Origin: an uncultured Flavobacteriaceae bacterium
GTDB lineage: Bacteria; Bacteroidota; Bacteroidia; Flavobacteriales; Flavobacteriaceae
Assembly (NCBI GenBank): GCA_964595535.1
Contig: CAZQRD010000004.1
Location: 5,071-69,070, forward strand
Direction of reading: 5' to 3'
DNA length: 64,000 nucleotides
Made by a program: the position numbers and the translations under genes. A model generated the notes under the pieces. It was not told the DNA's origin, did no database searches, and was given only the letters and a program-made list of their open reading frames with translations. This document shows positions 18,711 to 27,378 of this stretch, piece by piece (position 1 is the first letter of the stretch; every line of letters starts with the position of its first letter).

Positions 18711-19173
18711 CCGATTTATCTGACTTTGAACCGTTGATTATTTTCTCCAAATCTTCTTGGGTCAGATTCGTTTTTAAGCCAATCAATACGAGTTTATCTC
18801 CAGAGGAAATTTCAAGTACTATTTCTTTTATTTTTTTGTTTCTCTTAAGTATAAAAAAACCAATTTTATCATCATTACTTTTTACTTTGACTGCTTTTTC
18901 AAATTTAGACCTATTGATGAATTTGTCGAATTTTTCAGTTTTATCTTCTGCATGTTCTGAAAACACAAGAATACGAATATGCTTGGCTTTTTTCAATAAG
19001 GGTTTGAGATCTTCAATATTATCACCCGGTAAGAAATTCGCTATCAATGAGCTGTTAAGGCCAAAGGAAAATTCTGAGTCATCCTCATGATCTTGATAAA
19101 AAGTATTAAAAGAAGAGTTTATGGCACAAGAAGAGAAAGTAACAATGATCAATAACAAAAATATTTTTTTCAT
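18703..19173 (-). CDS. DUF4252-like lipoprotein
   Basis: Lipobox FSSC; IKEIVLEI, LVLIGLK, LTQEDL pattern typical of the family. Confidence 0.7.
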   Translation of the reverse strand: MKKIFLLLIIVTFSSCAINSSFNTFYQDHEDDSEFSFGLNSSLIANFLPGDNIEDLKPLLKKAKHIRILVFSEHAEDKTEKFDKFINRSKFEKAVKVKSNDDKIGFFILKRNKKIKEIVLEISSGDKLVLIGLKTNLTQEDLEKIINGSKSDKSVM

Positions 19174-19191
19174 GATAGGGATTTCTCTTAT

Positions 19192-19216
19192 GACTAATCA
19201 ATGATCTTTTTGTAAC
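19192..19216 (-). promoter_or_regulatory. Candidate ECF-type promoter for the DUF4252-like gene
   Basis: Minus strand GTTAC-N16-AGTC, 19 nt upstream of the ATG. Confidence 0.35.
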
Positions 19217-19235
19217 AAAAAATGTTCTAAAGTAT

Positions 19236-19275
19236 AAAAAGACTCAGGGGTTCACTCCAAGTGAACCCCTGAGTC
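19236..19275 (-). terminator. Strong intrinsic terminator of phoH-like gene (16-bp perfect stem)
   Basis: GACTCAGGGGTTCACT-CCA-AGTGAACCCCTGAGTC; T5 follows on the minus strand. Confidence 0.85.
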
Positions 19276-19285
19276 AGGAAAATTG

Positions 19286-20620
19286 TTAAAGCATTTCATT
19301 TGCTAAATTGGCCAATTCAGATCGTTCTCCTTTTTCCAGTTTGACGTGGGCAAAGAGCGCTTTTCCTTTTAACCTGTCGATCAAATAAGTGAGTCCGTTA
19401 CTATGTTCATCCATATACGGGGTATCTATTTGATTAATATCTCCTGTAAAGATTACTTTTGTGCCTTCTCCGGCACGTGTAATGATGGTTTTAACCTCAT
19501 GAGGTGTTAAGTTTTGGGCCTCATCGACAATAAAGATTGCATTGGTTAAACTACGCCCTCTAATAAAAGCAAGTGCTGTTATGGTTAGCAATCCGGATTC
19601 CTGCAATTCCTGTAACACACGACTTTTTTTCTCATTGGCCTTAAATTGATTCTTTATAAAAGTAAGGTTATCCCATAAAGGCTGCATATAAGGAGAGATC
19701 TTATCTTCAGCATCTCCAGGTAGAAATCCAATTTCTCTATTGCTCAACGGAATGATTGGTCTGGCAAGTATGATTTGATCATATTTGTTCTTTTGCTCCA
19801 GAGCAGAGGCCAGCGCAAGTAGTGTTTTACCAGTTCCTGCCACACCTTCAAGAGCTACTAGCTTGATTTCATCATTTAACAAGGCATTTAGCCCGAAGGT
19901 TTGTTCAGCATTACGGGGTTTGATACCAAAAACATATTTTTTATCGACTTTTTCAATGGCGTCGGTAACTCCATTGTATCTTGCAAGAACAGAATTTGTG
20001 CAATTATTAAGAATATAATACCCGTTGGTTATTTTTTCCTTACCCAAGATACCTTTTTCCTTTACCTGATTCTTCTGATAGATATTTTGAATAATACTTG
20101 CATCTATATCGTCAATGACGGGGAGACCTTCGGAGAATTTTTTAATGTTTTTCACTTTTCCAGTTTCGTAATCTTCAGAAACCATACCAATGGCCTTCGC
20201 CTTTATCCTTAAATTGATATCCTTTGTAACGAGAATAATCGTATGCTCTTTTTCTTCATTTTGCAATGAGATTGCAGCATTAATAATCTTGTGATCATTT
20301 TTAGTGCTCCCAAAAATCTCTTCTGCGTCCAGTCTATCCAAAGTGAGCTCATCCATGATCACTTTAATCTTACCCTTATCCTTACCAAGGCTAATCCAGG
20401 TATTTAGACCATTATTTCCTGAAAGCTTATCTAAAAAACGTATCACTTCCCTGGCTTCAAAATTCTTGGTTTCGTTCCCGATTTTGAATTGGTCCAACTC
20501 CTCCAGCACCGTAATCGGAATGGCAACATCATTCTCTTCAAAACTGGTGATGGAATTGTGATCAAATAGTAAAACAGAAGTGTCTAAGACGTAAATTTTC
20601 TTTGTCGTGCTTTTTTTCAT
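19286..20620 (-). CDS. phoH: PIN-PhoH fusion protein (YlaK/PhoH2-like)
   Basis: N-terminal PIN (YVLDTSVLL, VLEELD, NDHKII, LVTKDINLRIKA); Walker A GVAGTGKT, RGRSL, DEAQN, TGDINQID. Confidence 0.93.
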   Translation of the reverse strand: MKKSTTKKIYVLDTSVLLFDHNSITSFEENDVAIPITVLEELDQFKIGNETKNFEAREVIRFLDKLSGNNGLNTWISLGKDKGKIKVIMDELTLDRLDAEEIFGSTKNDHKIINAAISLQNEEKEHTIILVTKDINLRIKAKAIGMVSEDYETGKVKNIKKFSEGLPVIDDIDASIIQNIYQKNQVKEKGILGKEKITNGYYILNNCTNSVLARYNGVTDAIEKVDKKYVFGIKPRNAEQTFGLNALLNDEIKLVALEGVAGTGKTLLALASALEQKNKYDQIILARPIIPLSNREIGFLPGDAEDKISPYMQPLWDNLTFIKNQFKANEKKSRVLQELQESGLLTITALAFIRGRSLTNAIFIVDEAQNLTPHEVKTIITRAGEGTKVIFTGDINQIDTPYMDEHSNGLTYLIDRLKGKALFAHVKLEKGERSELANLANEML

Positions 20621-20785
20621 AAGTCTTTTTTAGGCGAGACCATATCAATTAATCTTGAAATGGTTAATTTTTCATAGGCAGCTTTGCAATGGCTACTTCT
20701 AATTTTTTTAAAAAAGTACGAAAATTTAGGATTTAACAAAGAGTCAATCTTTAAAATATGAGTCGACTTATTAACAAGAAGTTAA

Positions 20786-23700
20786 CTAAATATCAAGAAG
20801 TGTCTCTAAGGCCCTTTCAATACTGTCAATCCGAATAAAAGTGATTAGCAATCTGAGTCCTTTTTTAGTTTGTTTTTCTTTCATCACACAAGTTTTTCCA
20901 TGCTGCTGAACATAAGAAAGCACTTTCGTAAAGAATGGACTTTGATAGAAGTCACTTTGCTGGTCAGCAAGAAAATAGCCCATCATTCTTTTCTGTTTTA
21001 GAATGACCCTTTCGAGACCAAGCGTTCGAGCCACCCATTTTAACCTTACAGAATTTAGAAGATCAACGGCTTCAATGGGAAGTTCTCCAAAGCGATCTAC
21101 TAATTTCTTTTCAAAACTTTCTATCTCTTCTTCTGTTTCAAGATCACTGAGTTCCTTATAAAGGCTTAGCCTTTCAGAAATACTGCTGATATAGTCGTCT
21201 GGGAAAAGAATCTCAAAATCTGTATCAATCTGCACTTCCTTGACATATTCCTTGATTTGATCCTCATCCTGATGATAGAGTTCTTTGAATTCATTTTCCT
21301 TAAGTTCCTGAATGGCCTCATTAAGGATCTTTTGATAGGTTTCGAATCCTATATCATTGATAAAGCCACTTTGCTCGGCACCTAGTAAATCTCCTGCACC
21401 GCGTATTTCAAGATCTTTCATGGCAATATAGAAACCACTTCCTAATTCTGAATGCAGCTCAAGTGCCTGGATCCTTTTTCGTGCATCATCGGTCATCATA
21501 TGATAAGGAGGAGTGATCAAATAGCAAAAAGCCTTTTTATTTGACCGTCCAACCCGGCCCCGCATTTGATGCAGGTCACTTAATCCAAAATTATTGGCAT
21601 TATTAATAAAAATGGTATTAGCATTTGGTACATCCAGCCCACTTTCAACGATTGTTGTACTTACCAGAATATCAAATTCTCCGTTGATGAATTGAAGCAT
21701 GAGATGTTCCAACTTTTTGCCTTCCATTTGGCCATGACCTATACCCACTTTAGCATCGGGAACCAGTCGCTGAATAAGACCGGCAACTTCCTTGATATTT
21801 TCAATTCTGTTATGAATAAAGAATACCTGTCCGCCTCTTAGAATTTCATAACGAGCAGCATCTCTGATCGTCTCCTCACTAAATCGAATCACATGGGTTT
21901 CTATTGGATGTCGGTTTGGGGGAGGTGTTTTGATCACCGAAAGATCTCTGGCCGCCATAAGAGAGAATTGTAATGTTCTTGGAATAGGTGTTGCTGTCAG
22001 GGTAAGTGTATCTATATTTTCCTTTATGGTTTTTAGTTTGTCTTTTACGGCGACGCCAAATTTTTGTTCTTCATCAATGATAAGCAAGCCAAGATCTTTG
22101 AACTTTACGCTTTTACTCACCAACTGATGCGTGCCTATTACGATATCTATGCCTCCGTCACTCAAGCCCTCCAAAACATCCTTTCGTTGCTTGGTTGTTC
22201 TGAACCTGTTTAAATAATCAGTCCTAAGAGGAAAATCCTTTAATCTTTCCCTAAAAGTTTTGGCGTGCTGAAAGGCCAAAATTGTAGTGGGTACAAGAAT
22301 TGCTACTTGTTTGCCATTGTCAACAGCTTTAAATGCTGCCCTGATCGCAATCTCCGTTTTTCCAAATCCAACATCTCCACAAATCAACCTGTCCATCGGC
22401 TGATCTTTTTCCATATCTGCTTTTACGGCTTTAGTGGAACTTAGCTGATCAGGTGTATCCTCATAAATAAAACTTGCTTCCAGTTCATGCTGTAAATAAC
22501 TGTCCTTTTGATAGGCATATCCTTTTTGCAATTTTCTTTTTGCGTATAATTCAATAAGGTTATAGGCAATATGCTTGACTCTGGCCTTGGTTTTTTGTTT
22601 CAGGTTTTTCCAAACATTGGAACCTAGTTTATGGATCTTTGGAGCCTTCCCTTCCTTACCGTTATATTTAGTTATTTTGTGCAGGGCATGAATACTGATG
22701 TAAAGCACATCTCTTTCGCCATAGACTAGTTTAATGGCTTCCTGCTTTTTACCTTCCACATCAATTTTATGCAAACCACCAAACCTACCAATTCCATGAT
22801 CGATATGTGTCACATAGTCACCAATTTCAAGATTTGTCAATTCCTTTAACTGAATAGATTGTTTTTTGGCAAATCCGCTTTTTAATCTGAATTTGTGGTA
22901 ACGCTCAAAGATTTGGTGATCAGTATAACAGGCAATTTTCAGGTCACGTTCAACAAAGCCTTGATACAAAGGGTTTGTGATGGTCTCATATACAACCTCT
23001 TTTTCCAGATCATCAAAGATGTCATGGAACCTCTTGGCCTGATTTTCATTATCACAAAAGAGATAATTGGTAATTCCATCTGCAGAATTTTCATTTAGAG
23101 TTTCAATAAGCAGATCGAATTGTTTGTTAAATGCAGGTTGTGGAATGGTATTGAAGTTTATGCTTCTTTTCGATTCTGTACCCGATCTATTTTCAATTAG
23201 AACACATGAGAAATCGAGTAATTGTTCCTGTATCAGGTTACCTGTACTAAATAATTCTTCCGGATTGCTATGTCTGATCTCGCCCTTAAGGTTTGCAAAG
23301 GCCTCTTTTGCTTTGTCAAATAACTTGTCAAGACGGGCATTGTTCAGCTCCGGATTTTTTATAAAGACGACTGTCTTAGAGGAGATGTATTTGAGAAAAC
23401 TTTGCCGCTTCTCTTCGAGAAACTTGTTTTCAACATTGGGCATGATATCGATCTTGTTCAATCGGTTAATTGAAAGCTGAGTTTCCAAATCAAAGGTTCT
23501 GATGCTATCAATTTCGTCACCAAAAAATTCAATTCTGTAAGGTTGGTCGTTCGAAAAGGAATATACATCAATGATACCTCCTCTGATTGCAAAATCGCCA
23601 GGATCGATCACAAAGTCAACTCTGTTGAATTTGAATTCATGTAGCAAGTCATGCATAAAGTCCAGCGAAAGTGAATCGCCAACTGCCAGCTTAAGGGTAT

Positions 23701-24139
23701 TTCTTTTTAATTCACTCTTTGTGATAACCTGCTCAAAAAGTGCATCAGCATAAGTTACAATAAGGGCAGGTTTTTTTTGAGAATTAATCCTGTTAAGTAC
23801 TTCAGCCCTTAAAAGTATGTTGGCATTATCTGTATCTTCAATTTGATACGGTCTTCTATATGAACCAGGGTAGAATAGCACATCATCTCTTCTGCTTTCG
23901 TTTCCGGCATCCAATAATTGTTCAAGGTCATTTAAATAATAAGCTGCTTCTTCCTTGTCATTACAAATCATTAACAAGGGTTTTTGGCTATCCTGATACA
24001 CGGATGAAATCACCATAGACAATGATGATCCTGCCAAATTGGTAATTTCAATTTGCTTGTCGTCACTTTTGACAGCGGTTACAATTTCCTTGACCTTGTC
24101 AAAATTTTTATAAAGATCAGCAATGACCTGCTTACTCAA
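20786..24139 (-). CDS. mfd: Transcription-repair coupling factor
   Basis: UvrB-like N-terminus, CarD-like RID domain, CGDVGFGKT, DEEQKFG, QMRGRVGRS, TRCF C-terminus; TTG start. Confidence 0.98.
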   Translation of the reverse strand: MSKQVIADLYKNFDKVKEIVTAVKSDDKQIEITNLAGSSLSMVISSVYQDSQKPLLMICNDKEEAAYYLNDLEQLLDAGNESRRDDVLFYPGSYRRPYQIEDTDNANILLRAEVLNRINSQKKPALIVTYADALFEQVITKSELKRNTLKLAVGDSLSLDFMHDLLHEFKFNRVDFVIDPGDFAIRGGIIDVYSFSNDQPYRIEFFGDEIDSIRTFDLETQLSINRLNKIDIMPNVENKFLEEKRQSFLKYISSKTVVFIKNPELNNARLDKLFDKAKEAFANLKGEIRHSNPEELFSTGNLIQEQLLDFSCVLIENRSGTESKRSINFNTIPQPAFNKQFDLLIETLNENSADGITNYLFCDNENQAKRFHDIFDDLEKEVVYETITNPLYQGFVERDLKIACYTDHQIFERYHKFRLKSGFAKKQSIQLKELTNLEIGDYVTHIDHGIGRFGGLHKIDVEGKKQEAIKLVYGERDVLYISIHALHKITKYNGKEGKAPKIHKLGSNVWKNLKQKTKARVKHIAYNLIELYAKRKLQKGYAYQKDSYLQHELEASFIYEDTPDQLSSTKAVKADMEKDQPMDRLICGDVGFGKTEIAIRAAFKAVDNGKQVAILVPTTILAFQHAKTFRERLKDFPLRTDYLNRFRTTKQRKDVLEGLSDGGIDIVIGTHQLVSKSVKFKDLGLLIIDEEQKFGVAVKDKLKTIKENIDTLTLTATPIPRTLQFSLMAARDLSVIKTPPPNRHPIETHVIRFSEETIRDAARYEILRGGQVFFIHNRIENIKEVAGLIQRLVPDAKVGIGHGQMEGKKLEHLMLQFINGEFDILVSTTIVESGLDVPNANTIFINNANNFGLSDLHQMRGRVGRSNKKAFCYLITPPYHMMTDDARKRIQALELHSELGSGFYIAMKDLEIRGAGDLLGAEQSGFINDIGFETYQKILNEAIQELKENEFKELYHQDEDQIKEYVKEVQIDTDFEILFPDDYISSISERLSLYKELSDLETEEEIESFEKKLVDRFGELPIEAVDLLNSVRLKWVARTLGLERVILKQKRMMGYFLADQQSDFYQSPFFTKVLSYVQQHGKTCVMKEKQTKKGLRLLITFIRIDSIERALETLLDI

Positions 24140-24155
24140 GATGATGTATTTTCGG

Positions 24156-24163
24156 CAAAGATA
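24156..24163 (-). promoter_or_regulatory. Bacteroidota -7 box for mfd
   Basis: Minus strand TATCTTTG, 17 nt upstream of the start. Confidence 0.6.
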
Positions 24164-24262
24164 GGTGTAATGGATCAGATAATTAAATGAATTTTCAACG
24201 AAAACTTACAATTTTTCGATCAAAATTTTGTATATTTAGAGGTAATCTTTAACAGTTATTTT

Positions 24263-24700
24263 ATGGGTATTTCTGATCTATATCTAGGCATAGGGCATAG
24301 AAGAAACATCAGTCACTTTGCGAACATTGTTCGCATTGCAATATCTGATGATCAAATTTCACCCGAAGAAATAGCGTTTCTCACGAAAGTATCTAAAAAG
24401 TACAATATCACTGATGAAAATTTTAAGAAGATCTTGAAATTCCCTGAAAGTGTCCCCACCATTGCACATATCAACTGTATAGAACGGATTGAAAGATTGT
24501 ATGATTTATTAATTATGATCAAGGCAGATCATCACATTCAAATTGAGGAGGTCTCCGTGTTGAGGAAAATAGCTACCGGCCTGGCCTTCCCACTGCATGA
24601 GGTAGATCGAATTGTAGATGAATCAATAACAATTGATACTGATTCAACAGATCAGGAGACTTTCACAAAAGCCATTCTCAAAGTAATGCACTTAAAATAA
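24263..24700 (+). CDS. TerB-like (tellurite resistance family) helical protein
   Basis: Two TerB-type repeats: IAISDDQISPEE and MIKADHHIQIEE. Confidence 0.8.
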   Translation: MGISDLYLGIGHRRNISHFANIVRIAISDDQISPEEIAFLTKVSKKYNITDENFKKILKFPESVPTIAHINCIERIERLYDLLIMIKADHHIQIEEVSVLRKIATGLAFPLHEVDRIVDESITIDTDSTDQETFTKAILKVMHLK

Positions 24701-24885
24701 TTATTTTTGAGATGCAATAACCCAATTTTGAGCCTCAATGAATCATTTGAATAGGCCTATTATGATTAGTATACCCTCATATCATGGGCTCATTACTGAT
24801 CAATTACTCTTCTTTTTTATATGAGAATTTCAGCAATGGAGTTTTTCTTCATTTTAAGGCTCCCCACATCAAAAAATCAAGAATA

Positions 24886-24917
24886 TTTAGACATATCTAA
24901 AATAATATTTATATTTG
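24886..24917 (+). promoter_or_regulatory. Putative MntR/DtxR operator (TTTAGA-N4-TCTAAA) abutting the -7 box TATATTTG
   Basis: Perfect 6-bp inverted arms at 24886-24891 and 24896-24901; -7 box at 24910-24917; ATG at 24932. Confidence 0.7.
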
Positions 24918-24931
24918 CCAAAAAAATTAAC

Positions 24932-25591
24932 ATGTATTCACAGGCAGAGGAGAATTATTTGAAGACTATTTATGCTCTTGAAAAGGATTTTTCAAATGAA
25001 GTCAGCACCAATCTTATCGCAAGTAAAATCAAGACCAAAGCATCTTCGGTAACTGATATGGTAAAAAAACTGGCCAATAAAGACCTTGTGGTGTATAAGA
25101 AGTATCAAGGCGTCTACCTAACTGAATTGGGGAGGTTGAGCGCTTTGAAGGTAATCAGGAAGCACAGGCTGTGGGAGTGTTTTTTGGTTCAAAAACTTCA
25201 ATTTAATTGGGATGAGGTGCATGACATCGCTGAACAATTGGAACATGTGAAATCAGAACTCCTCATAAATAAGCTTGACGCCTTTTTAAGGTATCCTAAA
25301 CTCGATCCTCATGGAGATCCTATTCCCGATGCTCACGGAAGGATCATTCTGAGTAAATCAATGAGCATATCAGATATGAAGATTGGTTCTGCCGGAACTT
25401 TTGTTGGTGTAAAAGATTCATCAGCAACTTTTCTGAAATATCTTAACAAGAAAAACCTGGCTTTGGGTGATAAGATCAGGGTGATCGACATAGAACCTTT
25501 TGATAATTCGTATCATATAGAAACAAAAACACATAGGTTGGTAATTACTAGTAATATAGCCGACAACCTTTGTTTAAAAAATGTCAAATGA
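24932..25591 (+). CDS. mntR: MntR/DtxR-family metal-dependent repressor with C-terminal FeoA/SH3-like domain
   Basis: EENYLK, recognition helix [29 protein letters not shown]. Start refined to 24932 (track start 24821 lies upstream of the promoter). Confidence 0.88.
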   Translation: MYSQAEENYLKTIYALEKDFSNEVSTNLIASKIKTKASSVTDMVKKLANKDLVVYKKYQGVYLTELGRLSALKVIRKHRLWECFLVQKLQFNWDEVHDIAEQLEHVKSELLINKLDAFLRYPKLDPHGDPIPDAHGRIILSKSMSISDMKIGSAGTFVGVKDSSATFLKYLNKKNLALGDKIRVIDIEPFDNSYHIETKTHRLVITSNIADNLCLKNVK

Positions 25592-26610
25592 TGACCTATA
25601 ACCCGCTAACGGCTCTCTTAATTTTTATAGGATTTTCAGTATTGATCTGGGCTTTTTTTCGACCGGTCAAAGGATGGTACTGGTTGCTAAAAATCAATTG
25701 GCAGTCAAACGAAAAGACAGTAATGGAAGACATTCTCAAGCAGTTATACCGCCTGGAGAGTTATGGAGCCGAAATTGACATCACTGTACTTACCAATTCA
25801 CTTAAGATAAAAGACAGCCATGTGATACAAGCCATTCATAAAATGTCGGTCAATGAGTTGGTTAAGGTTGAAGGTGATTTGCTTCGGTTGACAAAAGAAG
25901 GAAGACAGTATGCCCTAAAAATAATTAGGGTGCATAGGTTATGGGAAAAGTACCTGGCCGAAAAGACTGGCTTTGATAAAACTGAATGGCATGACAGGGC
26001 TGAAGAAATGGAACATGTTTTGAGTCATGAAGAAACAGATATATTGGCTGATCAATTAGGAAATCCGATGTATGATCCGCATGGAGATCCAATTCCGAAC
26101 ACCCTTGGAATACTGAAGGAAATTGAAGGGGAACCCTTGTCATCCATGTCGGTAAATAGCCTAGGTAGAATCGTTCATATTGAAGATGAACCAGACGTTA
26201 TTTACAGACAGATTCTTGCCGAAAATATTCATATTGGCTCGATCATCAGATTAGAGGAAAGAAATAACGAACGTATCGTTTTTTATGCGGAAGGAGAAGA
26301 ATTCGTTCTGGCTCCTATTGTTGCCGCTAATATAACTGTTGCCGAACTGAAAAAGGATGTTGTTAAAGATGAGGGCACAGTTAGATTGTCCAGTTTACTG
26401 GAAGGTGAATCGGCAAAGATCGTGGGGATGTCTAAGGAGTGCCGTGGAGAAAATAGAAGGAGATTACTGGATCTTGGATTTGTTAAAGGAACGGAAATCA
26501 AAATAGATCTTAACAGTCCCATGAAAAATCCCGTAGCCTATGCGGTTAAAGGAACCAGTATTGCACTGAGAAATGATCAGGCCTCAAAAATTCTTATTAA
26601 TAAATTATAG
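25588..26610 (+). CDS. Membrane-anchored DtxR-like protein fused to two FeoA domains
   Basis: N-terminal TM ([16 protein letters not shown]) + RPVKG; [25 protein letters not shown]; FeoA-1 ([10 protein letters not shown]...IHIGSII) and FeoA-2 ([12 protein letters not shown]...SPMKNP...IALR). ATGA overlap with the mntR stop. Confidence 0.85.
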   Translation: MMTYNPLTALLIFIGFSVLIWAFFRPVKGWYWLLKINWQSNEKTVMEDILKQLYRLESYGAEIDITVLTNSLKIKDSHVIQAIHKMSVNELVKVEGDLLRLTKEGRQYALKIIRVHRLWEKYLAEKTGFDKTEWHDRAEEMEHVLSHEETDILADQLGNPMYDPHGDPIPNTLGILKEIEGEPLSSMSVNSLGRIVHIEDEPDVIYRQILAENIHIGSIIRLEERNNERIVFYAEGEEFVLAPIVAANITVAELKKDVVKDEGTVRLSSLLEGESAKIVGMSKECRGENRRRLLDLGFVKGTEIKIDLNSPMKNPVAYAVKGTSIALRNDQASKILINKL

Positions 26611-26612
26611 TT

Positions 26613-27377
26613 ATGTCTAAAAAAACAGATCTCGCATGTGACTCATGTGCCCATTATAATTCAGAAGGACTTAAGAAACTTGGAGTTGACACAAGTAATT
26701 TTGATTATGTTGTCGCTATTGCCGGAAATCCTAATACTGGGAAAAGCACGGTATTTAACGCTTTGACAGGACTAAGACAGCACACCGGGAATTGGCCGGG
26801 AAAAACTGTCGCCAGAGCAGAAGGAGCCTTTTTCTATGCCGACAAAAAATTTAAATTAGTGGATCTCCCGGGTACTTATTCGCTCTTGTCAACTTCGCAG
26901 GATGAAGAAGTGGCGCGAAATTTTATTCTATTTGGGAAACCTGATGTGACCATAATAGTTGCTGACGCCTGTCGTCTAGAGCGCAACCTGAATCTAGTAT
27001 TGCAGATTCTGGAAATTACAGACAAAGCTGTTTTATGTCTTAATTTGATGGATGAGGCAGAAAGAAATGAGATTGAAATTGATACAAGAATGTTGTCCCG
27101 TGAATTGGGAATTCCGGTTGTTGCCACCAGTGCAAGATATCAACGGGGTATTCCTGATCTTATTCAAACGGTTGATGAAATTGCTTCTGGTAAGCTTGTG
27201 TGTAAGCCCAGAAGAATTAAGAATGTACCGAATAAAATACTAAAGGCGGTTACTAAATTGAGTGCAGAAATCGAATCGGAGTTTCCAAATATTCCCAACA
27301 GCCGTTGGATAGCCTTACGTTTGCTCGAAGGTGATAACCGGATCATTGAGGCTTTAAAAACAGGAGAATTAGTTTAA
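26613..27377 (+). CDS. feoB: FeoB GTPase (N-terminal cytoplasmic) half
   Basis: G1 GNPNTGKS, G2 NWPGKTV, G3 DLPG, G4 NLMD; N-terminal CDSCAH. Confidence 0.93.
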   Translation: MSKKTDLACDSCAHYNSEGLKKLGVDTSNFDYVVAIAGNPNTGKSTVFNALTGLRQHTGNWPGKTVARAEGAFFYADKKFKLVDLPGTYSLLSTSQDEEVARNFILFGKPDVTIIVADACRLERNLNLVLQILEITDKAVLCLNLMDEAERNEIEIDTRMLSRELGIPVVATSARYQRGIPDLIQTVDEIASGKLVCKPRRIKNVPNKILKAVTKLSAEIESEFPNIPNSRWIALRLLEGDNRIIEALKTGELV

Positions 27378-27378
27378 T

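Noticed and set aside
20621-20785. Possible small antitoxin ORF upstream of PIN-PhoH
   Set aside because: Only a 3-codon ATG frame was found
23067-23480. 137-aa antisense ORF inside mfd
   Set aside because: Fully nested opposite an essential-type gene; no motif
24821-24931. N-terminal extension of the MntR ORF in the track
   Set aside because: It spans the operator and -7 box; the DtxR-like sequence begins at 24932
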